Virus genome (UHGV): UHGV-0102868 | DNA: 34,597 bases | Strand: one strand, 5' to 3' | Origin: a virus | Part shown: piece after piece, positions 1 to 8,226 of the stretch | How the letters are laid out: each line of letters starts with the position of its first letter | Position numbering within the stretch: position 1 is the stretch's first letter | Made by a program: the position numbers and the translations under genes | Notes under the pieces: model-generated | Database searches by the model: none | The model's input: only the letters and a program-made list of their open reading frames with translations | What the model was told of the DNA's origin: nothing

Positions 1-1
1 T

Positions 2-130
2 GCATTACTGGCGGCGCAGGAAGCGTTGAGTACGGCAATTGATGCGCATGATGATGCAGTCCAGGCCGTTTACCGTAAAGCACATTTCAGCGGCGGCGGG
101 TCGCCTGGCGATTCTGTCGTAGTGCATTGA
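2..130 (+). CDS. 3' end of an upstream phage gene (partial, 42 codons, product unknown)
   Basis: Open frame runs off the 5' edge of the window and ends at TGA 128-130; no stop in 42 codons. Function not recognisable from this fragment. Confidence 0.3.
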   Translation, partial: ALLAAQEALSTAIDAHDDAVQAVYRKAHFSGGGSPGDSVVVH

Positions 131-207
131 TTGAAATTAATCGTGCCGGACTGTTTTGTTCGGTATCAGTTAAATGCAACGCTGCGTGCGTTACAAGGTG
201 AAAACAA

Positions 208-1338
208 ATGGCTTCAAACTGGATAAAGCTCGAAGTTATTACGCCGGATAAGCCGGAAATATTCAGGCTTGCTGAGATTCTGAATATTGATCCAGATGCC
301 GCATTAGGGAAAGTCATTCGCTTCTGGGCATGGGCGGATCAACAAATGATAGACGGTAACGCAGAGTGTAACGCTCGCGGCGTTACAAAAAGTGCAATAG
401 ATCGCATCACTTTTATGGCTGGTTTTGCTGATGCGTTAATTCAGGTTGGATGGCTGGTCGAAAATGACGGTGGGCTTTCGCTACCTAACTTTGAACGTCA
501 TAACGGAAAAAGCTCAAAAAAACGGGCGGTTACAAACGAGCGAGTAACAAAAATACGTGAACTGAAACGAAAAGGTAACGCTGCCAGCGTTACACAAACG
601 GATCAAAAAGCGTTACCAGAGGAAGAGGAAGAGGAAGATATAAATACTGATCTAACCCATCCCAAACCCTTCCCTTCCGGAAGGGAGTTCCGGGATTTTG
701 TGGCTGGAGTGCTTGAGGGGAGATTATCTGGCGGTACTGCAGCGGAATTTTGTAATTCTGCGGTGGTTGCGTTGCAGGCTGCTGGCCTGGATGTCTGTCG
801 TGAGTATCCGGTGCCAGAGCGTGGTGACGGCTGCGGAGGGCGGATTGATATCGTCGTGACTGACAGGAACGGTGTCCGGTGTGGGATCGAGCTTGACCGA
901 AATTCTCCGCGACAGAAATCACTGCTCAAAATCGGTGCTGTTGAAACCGGGATATGTGTCTTGCGGCGCAGTGATATCGCAAGGCACACCGAGCAGGGAA
1001 TTCTGGTTATCGGTGGGGCTGTTCGCCAGAAAAAATTTGACCCGTTGTCTGTTGATCTGCCCGACTGGTTGCCAGAAACACTCTGGCATGAGTGGGTTCA
1101 GTTCAGGCAGGCATTGCGAAAACCGATTCGAACGGAGCAGGGCGCTAACGGGGCGATACGGGAGCTGGAAAAATTCCGCCAGCAGGGTTTTACCCCTGAG
1201 CAGGTGATTAGACACAGCATCGCCAATGAATACCAGGGCTTGTTCGCGCCGAAAGGCGTTCGGCCTGAGACGTTGCTTCGACAGGTTAACACCGTCTCGT
1301 TTCCAGACAGTGCTATCCCACCAGGCTTCAGGGGGTAA
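208..1338 (+). CDS. putative phage replication initiation / replisome-organiser protein
   Basis: 376-aa ORF ending 7 nt before the DnaC-like loader gene; two domains joined by an acidic linker (EEEEEED). Assigned by gene order in lambdoid replication modules, not by a recognised motif. Confidence 0.55.
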   Translation: MASNWIKLEVITPDKPEIFRLAEILNIDPDAALGKVIRFWAWADQQMIDGNAECNARGVTKSAIDRITFMAGFADALIQVGWLVENDGGLSLPNFERHNGKSSKKRAVTNERVTKIRELKRKGNAASVTQTDQKALPEEEEEEDINTDLTHPKPFPSGREFRDFVAGVLEGRLSGGTAAEFCNSAVVALQAAGLDVCREYPVPERGDGCGGRIDIVVTDRNGVRCGIELDRNSPRQKSLLKIGAVETGICVLRRSDIARHTEQGILVIGGAVRQKKFDPLSVDLPDWLPETLWHEWVQFRQALRKPIRTEQGANGAIRELEKFRQQGFTPEQVIRHSIANEYQGLFAPKGVRPETLLRQVNTVSFPDSAIPPGFRG

Positions 1339-1344
1339 CTGACC

Positions 1345-2091
1345 ATGAAAAATATTGCGGCAGGCGGCGTTCTTGAACGTATCCGCAGACTGGCCCCGCC
1401 ACATGTAACCGCCCCATTCAAAACGGTAGCGGAGTGGCGCGAGTGGCAACTTGCAGAAGGCCAGAAACGTTGTGAGGAGATCAACCGTCAGAATCGTCAG
1501 TTGCGGGTGGAAAAAATCCTGAATCGCTCCGGCATCCAGCCGTTGCACCGCAAATGCTCGTTTGCGAATTACCAGGTGCAGAACGACGGCCAGCGATACG
1601 CGTTGAGTCAGGCGAAATCTATCGCTGACGAACTGGTTACCGGATGCACAAATTTCGCGTTCAGCGGAAAACCTGGTACCGGAAAAAACCATCTGGCGGC
1701 GGCTATCGGGAATCGCCTGCTGAAAGATGGCCAGACAGTGATTGTGGTTACCGTGGCTGATGTTATGAGCGCCCTGCACGCCAGCTATGACGACGGGCAG
1801 TCAGGCGAAAAATTTTTGCGGGAACTGTGCCAAGTGGATCTGCTGGTTCTTGATGAAATTGGCATTCAGCGCGAGACAAAAAACGAGCAGGTGGTGCTGC
1901 ACCAGATTGTTGATCGCCGGACAGCGTCGATGCGCAGCGTGGGGATGCTGACAAACCTGAACTATGAGGCCATGAAAACATTGCTCGGCGAGCGGATTAT
2001 GGATCGCATGACCATGAACGGCGGGCGATGGGTGAATTTTAACTGGGAGAGCTGGCGTCCGAATGTCGTCCAGCCAGGAATTGCGAAGTGA
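1345..2091 (+). CDS. DnaC-like helicase loader (IstB-like AAA+ ATPase)
   Basis: Translation contains Walker A ([13 protein letters not shown]) and Walker B (LLVLDEIG) motifs; size and position match phage DnaC-type loaders. Confidence 0.85.
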   Translation: MKNIAAGGVLERIRRLAPPHVTAPFKTVAEWREWQLAEGQKRCEEINRQNRQLRVEKILNRSGIQPLHRKCSFANYQVQNDGQRYALSQAKSIADELVTGCTNFAFSGKPGTGKNHLAAAIGNRLLKDGQTVIVVTVADVMSALHASYDDGQSGEKFLRELCQVDLLVLDEIGIQRETKNEQVVLHQIVDRRTASMRSVGMLTNLNYEAMKTLLGERIMDRMTMNGGRWVNFNWESWRPNVVQPGIAK

Positions 2092-2113
2092 TTTTTACCG
2101 GGAGGAAATTTTA

Positions 2114-2869
2114 ATGGAAACCGTTTTTGATGCACTGAAAGCAATGGGAAAAGCCACGTCGGTAGAACTGGCTGCGCGACTTGATATCAGTCGTGAAGAA
2201 GTGCTGAACGAGCTGTGGGAACTTAAAAAGGCTGGCTTCGTTGATAAAAGCGTATACACCTGGCGTGTGGCTGATAACAACGTTCAGCAGGAACAGCCAG
2301 AGCAGGCAGAACTGCCGGAAGAAACCACCACGGCAACAGTAGCGAAAATCTCAGAGTGCGATTTAACCGCGACGATTGAACAACGTGGCCCACAAACGGC
2401 GGATGAACTGGCTACGTTTTTCGGCACCACATCACGCAAAGTGGCTTCAACGCTGGCAATGGCAATCAGCAAAGGCCGTCTGATTCGCGTTAATCAGAAC
2501 GGTAAATTTCGTTACTGCATGCCGGGCGATGATTTACCAGCAGAGCCGAAAGCTGCATCGGTAACGGAAACTGATGGTAAAGCCTTTCCTCAACCAGCAG
2601 GTGTTGCGTTACCGGGACAGGAAGCTGCAACACAGGAAGATATTAAAACAGAAACTGTGGCGGACATTGTGCAGTCGTTGCCATCGTTTACCGAAACGCG
2701 AGCGGATGACCTCGTTCTGCCATCGCTGCATATGGCAAACCGCGAACTGCGTCGGGCGAAAAATCATGTCCAGAAGTGGGAGCGTGTCTGCGCCGCGCTG
2801 CGGGAGCTGAACAAGCACCGGGATATTATCGCCCAGCTTTGCCAGGAGGCAACCAGTGAGCAAGATTGA
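2114..2869 (+). CDS. phage protein with two winged-helix-like repeats (nin/ea-region protein)
   Basis: ATG at 2114 preceded by GGAGG (2101-2105); chosen over the upstream in-frame start at 2063 because that start overlaps the DnaC-like gene. Two internally similar segments look like winged-helix folds. Confidence 0.55.
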   Translation: METVFDALKAMGKATSVELAARLDISREEVLNELWELKKAGFVDKSVYTWRVADNNVQQEQPEQAELPEETTTATVAKISECDLTATIEQRGPQTADELATFFGTTSRKVASTLAMAISKGRLIRVNQNGKFRYCMPGDDLPAEPKAASVTETDGKAFPQPAGVALPGQEAATQEDIKTETVADIVQSLPSFTETRADDLVLPSLHMANRELRRAKNHVQKWERVCAALRELNKHRDIIAQLCQEATSEQD

Positions 2870-3062
2870 CTACCAGGAATTGGCTGCTGCTAACGCTTTC
2901 TTGGCGGATGTGCGGGCTGGGGCGTTTAACGACCTTTGCGCGGCGTTTGTCAGGCACGCAAAAATTGCAGGACTGGACGATGGCGATCTCGTTACGGTGA
3001 AAGAAGCGACTGATGCGCTGCTGCACTGTGCAGAACAGCTTCGGGAGGGATTCAAGCAATGA
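2856..3062 (+). CDS. small hypothetical phage protein
   Basis: GTG start inside a GGAGGCAACCAGTGAGC junction motif that overlaps the end of the upstream gene; 68 codons. Confidence 0.45.
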   Translation: MSKIDYQELAAANAFLADVRAGAFNDLCAAFVRHAKIAGLDDGDLVTVKEATDALLHCAEQLREGFKQ

Positions 3063-3325
3063 GCGAATCAAAATGCCAGGTTTATGGCAATCAGATAGAG
3101 CCGTGTGCGGCACTGGCAAGGTCCCTTGAGCATGATGCTGAATACACGACGCGAAAAGGTCTGCTGAAATACAAAATCTATAACAATGAATTAATTTACT
3201 CACAAGACTTGATCATGCTGCGGTCAGGTGAATTTTCTAAATTACCGATTCGAGTTTCATTTTGCCCGTTCTGTGGTGAAAGCATTAAAACGTGGGAAGG
3301 GGAGGCAACCAGTGAGCGAAATTAA
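3059..3325 (+). CDS. small hypothetical phage protein (C-terminal Cys pair)
   Basis: ATGA start/stop overlap with the upstream gene; 88 codons; C-terminus carries CPFCGE. Confidence 0.45.
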   Translation: MSESKCQVYGNQIEPCAALARSLEHDAEYTTRKGLLKYKIYNNELIYSQDLIMLRSGEFSKLPIRVSFCPFCGESIKTWEGEATSERN

Positions 3326-3818
3326 TTACCAGGCACTGCGAATGGCGGCAGAAAATGCAACACCAGGCGAATGGTGTACTGATGACTACTATGGGGTAAT
3401 TGCTGATGCCGGACTGAATGGCAATTACTACATAGCATTATGCGCAGGACCAGATAAGCGCGCCAATAAGCGATTCATAGCCGCAGCCAATCCGGCTGCT
3501 GTGCTGGCATTACTGGATGAACTGGAAGCAGCAAAAAAGCGCATTGCAGAACTGGAAGCACGGGAAATAAAACCAGCCAAAGGCGAAGTTCTTGTCGTTG
3601 TATCTGGTTTTACTGGTTGCGGAAAAAGCGCCATTGCCGGGGAAATAGAAATCGCGATGAAGGCTATTGGTGTGCCGGTTAAGTGGACTAATGGCGATGC
3701 AGAAAAGCGCATGACCGGCGCTGACTGGCTGACAGCAATTGAGATGTACAAACCAACTGTGCGCATTGTGGAAGTTAATGTGCCACGCGTCGCTGGCGTT
3801 CGCATCAAAGGAGAGTGA
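3312..3818 (+). CDS. Ead/Ea22-like phage protein
   Basis: GTG start at 3312 inside the second copy of the GGAGGCAACCAGTGAGC junction motif; the N-terminus (SEINYQALR...) resembles Ead/Ea22-like prophage proteins as I remember them. The ORF-track start at 3228 would lie inside the upstream gene. Confidence 0.55.
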   Translation: MSEINYQALRMAAENATPGEWCTDDYYGVIADAGLNGNYYIALCAGPDKRANKRFIAAANPAAVLALLDELEAAKKRIAELEAREIKPAKGEVLVVVSGFTGCGKSAIAGEIEIAMKAIGVPVKWTNGDAEKRMTGADWLTAIEMYKPTVRIVEVNVPRVAGVRIKGE

Positions 3819-3819
3819 C

Positions 3820-4176
3820 GTGGAAATAAAACCAGAAGATGAGTTAAGTAATATTGTTTTATTTCCGGTAAAAGAGGATGACCCACGTAATCAGGTTAAT
3901 TTTCTTTATGAGCCATCGGAAAGACCATATTGCCATCACGCTTCTGTTCGGGTTGATGAAAAAGAGCGTCAGGTCCGCTGTAAAATCTGCGGTGCAGTTG
4001 TGGAGCCGTTTGACTGGATGCTCTCTGTGGCGAAAAGAGAAACCAGACTGGCAGATGATGTAAGGCTATTGCGTCAGGAGGAACGGGAAAGGCGGAAAAA
4101 TATAGAAAAGTTAATTCAGATTGAGCGTAACGCGAAAGCGCGGATACGCAGGGTGACAAAATCCAGAACTGAATAA
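3820..4176 (+). CDS. hypothetical protein with Cys/His zinc-finger-like motif
   Basis: GTG at 3820, 1 nt after the upstream stop; contains CHH...(14)...CKIC; basic coiled C-terminus. Confidence 0.45.
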   Translation: MEIKPEDELSNIVLFPVKEDDPRNQVNFLYEPSERPYCHHASVRVDEKERQVRCKICGAVVEPFDWMLSVAKRETRLADDVRLLRQEERERRKNIEKLIQIERNAKARIRRVTKSRTE

Positions 4177-4447
4177 TTAAATTTAGCACGGTTAAAAATT
4201 TAATCCTTTACCGGAGGGATTTCTGCACCCTCAGAACATCAGGAGGCCGTCTGAAAGGGCGGAACAGATAATGCTTACGTTGAAACATTTTATCGACATA
4301 CCAACATGGTTAGCCGTCATTGCTTTTGTTAAAATACACATCCACTTTTCTGTGCAATGTTTAACCACTGGTCATATCAAATGGCATTCATGCGAACCAT
4401 GATATAGAATCATGGCTTGAGAGAGTCGATGAAAGCGCAACTATGGT

Positions 4448-5026
4448 ATGAGAGACATTGATGTAAGAAAGGCTGTGCATGCCAAGATTCTGAGAGATCA
4501 TCATAAAGATCCTGACACCCTAATCATTGATGAGTTTACGATGAATCTAGGGGCTAGCAGAGCTGATATAGCAGTGATCAATGGGCTTATACATGGTTAT
4601 GAGTTGAAGAGCAAGAGTGATAACTTGCTCAGATTACCAGCGCAGGTGCAACATTACTCATCAGTGATGGATAAAGTAACTTTGGTTGTCTCTGATTGCC
4701 ATCTTTATGATGCTTTAAGCATAGTTCCATCATGGTGGGGGATAAAGCAAGTTACGCAAGGTGCACGGCAAGGTATCCATTTAAAAACAATTCGAACTAG
4801 CAAGTTGAATCCACAAGTGGACAAACTTTCCTTAACAATGCTTCTTTGGAAAGATGAATTGCTTTCCCTATTAAGTGATGTAGGGGAGCTACAGAATTTG
4901 AAAAATAAACCTAAACGCGTCTTATGGTCAAAACTCGCCAATAGTATGGATGTTGGCGAGCTTCGTGAAGCTGTTCGAGTTAAACTTAAAGCCCGTAAAG
5001 AGTGGCGAGTTGCTCAACAACCTTAG
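4448..5026 (+). CDS. uncharacterised protein, possible PD-(D/E)xK nuclease-fold (ORF-A)
   Basis: 192-aa ORF in visibly AT-rich DNA. Translation has D28/E29, D40 and E52-x-K54 (IIDEF ... RADIAVI ... YELKS), spaced like a restriction-endonuclease-type active site. An extended -10-like TGTTAAAAT lies upstream (4327-4335). Confidence 0.6.
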   Translation: MRDIDVRKAVHAKILRDHHKDPDTLIIDEFTMNLGASRADIAVINGLIHGYELKSKSDNLLRLPAQVQHYSSVMDKVTLVVSDCHLYDALSIVPSWWGIKQVTQGARQGIHLKTIRTSKLNPQVDKLSLTMLLWKDELLSLLSDVGELQNLKNKPKRVLWSKLANSMDVGELREAVRVKLKARKEWRVAQQP

Positions 5027-6083
5027 TTATGTGATGGTTTTGCCCAATCCTACGCCATACCTCTGGGCTACCAAATTTATAGTTACCAGAGGGATTGGCT
5101 TTGTAGGCTTGATACTCGTTTGCATAATATTCTATGTCTCTATCTCCCGCACAGAATGTAGGCCCTGAATATTCTCGATGAGCAAGAATATCCTCACTAT
5201 GTTTACCATATTGTTCATAACCAAAGCGATTAGCTACTCTTCCTCGAAATACCCAAAAGTCATTATCTCCAGAGTATCTGACGCTGGCAGATACGCTAGG
5301 GAATCGCGTCGAAAGCCTATTAAAGTCGGGGTGCTGTACTCCATAATCACTATAAATCACATTTCTGGCAAGTTCTTTTCTATTCATTAAACTCTGCCAT
5401 AAAATCCACTCGATTCGAGGTTGAGAATATAGACCAACAGAAATATCACTGAGATCTGTAGGAAATGAACCCCCAGAAAGAATCACTTTTCTGTATTCAT
5501 TGAGGTGCGCCAGATTGTTTATCAATCCCATTGCCAAAGTATATAGTTCGCCGGAATTAAGTTTATCCTCGGTTAACTCATCTCTTAAGTCAATAATTAT
5601 ATCAATATTTGATAAAGGAATTCCTAGATGATTAATGTAATGCGTTATTAATTGTGGGTTAACCAGATCTAACGTGGTTAATCTCAAGCATATTTCATTC
5701 TGCATTAATTCATCAATCGCTCTTTTATAGTTAGATGGGCGAGTTGGTGAACTGACAGGAATAACTCTTATCCCCATATCTCTAACTTGATTAACCGCAT
5801 TTATTATAGGGTAATGATCTTCAGGAGAAATAAAATGCTCTTCAATTAATAATCCATCAATATAAACACCTTGCATATCTGAGCAAGATTTTGAGACTTT
5901 CTTTCCGAACTCTATAAGAGTCTCGTTATAACTCTTTAAGGCAATACCTGAATCAGGGTCAATTGGCACTGGTTCAATTTCGAGTAATGGCAAAATTTTT
6001 GATTTCTTTTCAATGGATAGCTGCGATAAAGCTGATAACTCAGAACGTTTCGCTTTCAGAATAGGAATATATGAAATTGCCAT
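4986..6083 (-). CDS. uncharacterised 365-aa protein (ORF-B), convergent partner of ORF-A
   Basis: Long uninterrupted minus-strand ORF, the only convincing minus-strand gene in the window. AT-rich. Its 3' end overlaps the ORF-A 3' end by 41 bp. No motif I can name with confidence. Confidence 0.7.
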   Translation of the reverse strand: MAISYIPILKAKRSELSALSQLSIEKKSKILPLLEIEPVPIDPDSGIALKSYNETLIEFGKKVSKSCSDMQGVYIDGLLIEEHFISPEDHYPIINAVNQVRDMGIRVIPVSSPTRPSNYKRAIDELMQNEICLRLTTLDLVNPQLITHYINHLGIPLSNIDIIIDLRDELTEDKLNSGELYTLAMGLINNLAHLNEYRKVILSGGSFPTDLSDISVGLYSQPRIEWILWQSLMNRKELARNVIYSDYGVQHPDFNRLSTRFPSVSASVRYSGDNDFWVFRGRVANRFGYEQYGKHSEDILAHREYSGPTFCAGDRDIEYYANEYQAYKANPSGNYKFGSPEVWRRIGQNHHITKVVEQLATLYGL

Positions 6084-6435
6084 GTTAATACCTTATACAG
6101 AATCAATTAACAATTAATGGTTCTTCGGACATTGAAATTTATATCGCAAAAATTGGCAAACTCTCCTCGACTACTCACTTGTGGGTATCCTGGCGTAAAA
6201 GGAATGACTTGGCAATACCCGGTGTGATCATAAGTCATTGAAAATGATCATTTTTATCAGTCTTTCTTCCATGATGAATGCTAATGCCATTTGATTTGTT
6301 GAGGTAAAAACTGTTAAAAATCAAAACGATGTAATTGAAATGAACGTTCGGTAGCATTCACGCTTTAAATGTTTCTTTTGTGCTGATTGGATGAATTTTG
6401 GTCACTTATGATGAGAGATGTTGCAGGAAAAGAAG

Positions 6436-6464
6436 TTGGCATTGATCTATTGGATAGTTAGAAT
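6436..6464 (+). promoter_or_regulatory. candidate sigma70 promoter of the hok mRNA
   Basis: -35 TTGGCA (6436-6441), 17-nt spacer, -10 TAGAAT (6459-6464). The predicted start near 6471 coincides with the 5' element that pairs with the mRNA 3' end. Confidence 0.55.
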
Positions 6465-6639
6465 TGCTGCGGGTGCTTGAGGCTATCTGCCTCAGGCATG
6501 AACACCAAAGGCAGATAGAGAAAAGCCCCAGTTAACATTACGCGTCCTGCAAGACGCTTAACATTAATCTGAGGCTCAATCCATGCTGAACACATGTAGG
6601 TTAGCCTCTTACGTGCCGAAAGGCAAGGAGAAGCAGGCT

Positions 6640-6795
6640 ATGAAGCAGCAAAAGGCGATGTTAATCGCCCTGATCGTCATCTGTTTAACCATCATTGTGA
6701 CGGCACTGGTAACGAGGAAAGACCTCTGCGAGGTACGAATCCGAACCGGCCAGACGGAGGTCGCTGTCTTCACAGCTTACGAACCTGAGGAGTAA
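6640..6795 (+). CDS. hok: Hok/Gef-family type I toxin
   Basis: 51-aa product MKQQKAMLIALIVICLTIIVTALVTRKDLCEVRIRTGQTEVAVFTAYEPEE is a typical Hok/Gef membrane toxin (closest in my memory to HokD/RelF). RBS AAGGAG at 6624-6629. Confidence 0.85.
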   Translation: MKQQKAMLIALIVICLTIIVTALVTRKDLCEVRIRTGQTEVAVFTAYEPEE

Positions 6796-6860
6796 GAGAC
6801 CAGGCGGGGTAAACCCCCGCCACCTCTGATGTGTCAGGCATCCTCAACGCACCCGCACTT

Positions 6861-6884
6861 AACCCGCCTTGGCGGGTTTTTTTG
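6861..6884 (+). terminator. rho-independent terminator at the 3' end of the hok mRNA
   Basis: GC hairpin CCCGC-cttg-GCGGG followed by a T7 run. Confidence 0.6.
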
Positions 6885-7025
6885 TAATTGATAAAAAAAT
6901 TAACCAAAATGGTTTACATAAAATTCCTTTATGGTAAATTGATTCGCATGTAAGGGGGGAGCACACTACCGATCATACCCTCAACGAGCGCGCTCTATTA
7001 CTGACACTAAACTGAGGAATTACCT

Positions 7026-7379
7026 ATGGCACTCACTGAATTCGGTAAGGCCGTGAGAAAAGCGAGAATTGATACAGGTTATACACTTCTTACCATGGCA
7101 AAAGCATTGGGCACCACACCAGCTTTCTTGAGTGGGCTTGAAACTGGAGCAAAAAAGATTCCAGCAAAATGGGTTACGGCAATAAATGATTTACTTGCTG
7201 AGCAAGGGTACAAAATTGAAAACCTGGATTTGTTAGCCAATATTTCAAATGAGTCAATACCTGTTGAAGGTTTACCCTTGCAGCAACAGATGTTGGTTGC
7301 AGGATTTGCTAAATCAGAATTCACACATGAAGAATTGAAAAAGTTCGCTGAGCTTTTAGCGGAAATCAATAAGAAATAA
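7026..7379 (+). CDS. XRE-family helix-turn-helix transcriptional regulator
   Basis: N-terminal HTH-like segment (TGYTLLTMAKALGTTPAFLSGLETG); RBS GAGGA 7 nt upstream; the next gene starts 16 nt after its stop. Confidence 0.75.
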   Translation: MALTEFGKAVRKARIDTGYTLLTMAKALGTTPAFLSGLETGAKKIPAKWVTAINDLLAEQGYKIENLDLLANISNESIPVEGLPLQQQMLVAGFAKSEFTHEELKKFAELLAEINKK

Positions 7380-7395
7380 TTTTGGGGCCAATTTT

Positions 7396-7878
7396 ATGTA
7401 TCAAATGCGAGGGACAAGAGTCCAGCCATTAACCGAAATTGACATCAAAAACAAAGCTATAAATGCCTGTTTTGCTTTGGGATTTACAAGCAAGTATAAA
7501 TACCGTAGGCGTCCGAAGAGATTTGATATTGCTTTAGAAAAGCTGTCAGAGTGGAATATTGTTTTGGAGCCTATTGATGAGGCTGATTGGCTGGGACTTA
7601 CTCTTGGCTTAACCATTGGACATTGTGAGCCAGAGACATTGACAATAAGAGTGCCAAACCATATTTATGAAATGGCTTGTGCAGGAGAACGTAGTGCTTT
7701 ATTTGTTGTTTTTCATGAGTTAGGTCATTTGCTTCTTCAGCATAAACCAGCACTGCATTTTTCAAATACCCCACCGGAGCAAAACGAAGACTCTGAGTGG
7801 CAGGCTGATTTATTTGCAGATGTGATGTTGGAAAAATTAGGATATGAAACAGCACAACTTTGCTTCGATTTTTATTAA
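7396..7878 (+). CDS. ImmA/IrrE-family Zn metallopeptidase (HEXXH)
   Basis: Translation contains FHELGHLLLQH (HEXXH) in a 160-aa protein directly downstream of an XRE HTH gene, the usual ImmR/ImmA-type arrangement. Confidence 0.75.
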   Translation: MYQMRGTRVQPLTEIDIKNKAINACFALGFTSKYKYRRRPKRFDIALEKLSEWNIVLEPIDEADWLGLTLGLTIGHCEPETLTIRVPNHIYEMACAGERSALFVVFHELGHLLLQHKPALHFSNTPPEQNEDSEWQADLFADVMLEKLGYETAQLCFDFY

Positions 7879-8000
7879 AAAGCCCTGCAATAGCAGGGCT
7901 TAGATTCGGAAAGCCTAGGAAACTTTCCTGTGTATGATGGAGATCCCCACCGCTACACTTAGAATTGACAGAAGTGAGTCTAGCGGTTCTCTCAATAAAT

Positions 8001-8028
8001 TGCAACCTGTATGGGGATACAGGTTGCA
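8001..8028 (+). repeat. perfect 12-bp inverted repeat with a 4-nt GGGG loop
   Basis: TGCAACCTGTAT-GGGG-ATACAGGTTGCA read directly; it sits just upstream of the RBS and start of the small Zn-ribbon ORF. Confidence 0.7.
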
Positions 8029-8044
8029 GGGAGATGCTGTTGTT

Positions 8045-8194
8045 ATGGCTATGAAAACTTGTAAGAAATGTGGGAAACCGTGTGAAATTATTTTTCGTTA
8101 CTCTGCCTGTATCAACGGAGTTATGCGGTATGCGAGAAAAGGGCATCCTTTTCCGATTCCTGTCTGCGATTGCTCTGAACTTGGTGTCGCATAA
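8045..8194 (+). CDS. small Cys-rich (zinc-ribbon-like) protein, 49 aa
   Basis: ATG 8045 with RBS GGGAGA (8030-8035); CKKCGKPC ... CDC motifs; followed by a terminator. The ORF-track start at 7934 would read through the inverted repeat. Confidence 0.4.
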   Translation: MAMKTCKKCGKPCEIIFRYSACINGVMRYARKGHPFPIPVCDCSELGVA

Positions 8195-8202
8195 TGATCT
8201 AA

Positions 8203-8226
8203 AACCCGCTTTGGCGGGTTTTTTAC
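8203..8226 (+). terminator. rho-independent terminator closing the accessory island
   Basis: CCCGC-tttg-GCGGG hairpin followed by TTTTTT. Confidence 0.55.

Noticed and set aside
87-317. 76-aa minus-strand ORF overlapping the start of the replication gene
   Set aside because: Antisense to the 5' end of a well-supported + strand gene and its upstream region; no RBS noticed; typical spurious antisense ORF.
5178-5390. 70-aa + strand ORF inside ORF-B
   Set aside because: Lies wholly antisense within the long minus-strand ORF-B; low-complexity translation in AT-rich DNA; most likely a shadow ORF.
6583-6639. Upstream in-frame extension of hok (the 70-aa ORF in the track)
   Set aside because: The 51-aa product starting at ATG 6640 with RBS AAGGAG matches Hok-family toxins exactly in length and sequence. 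The upstream start is better read as a mok-like regulatory frame than as the toxin start, so it is not annotated as a separate CDS.
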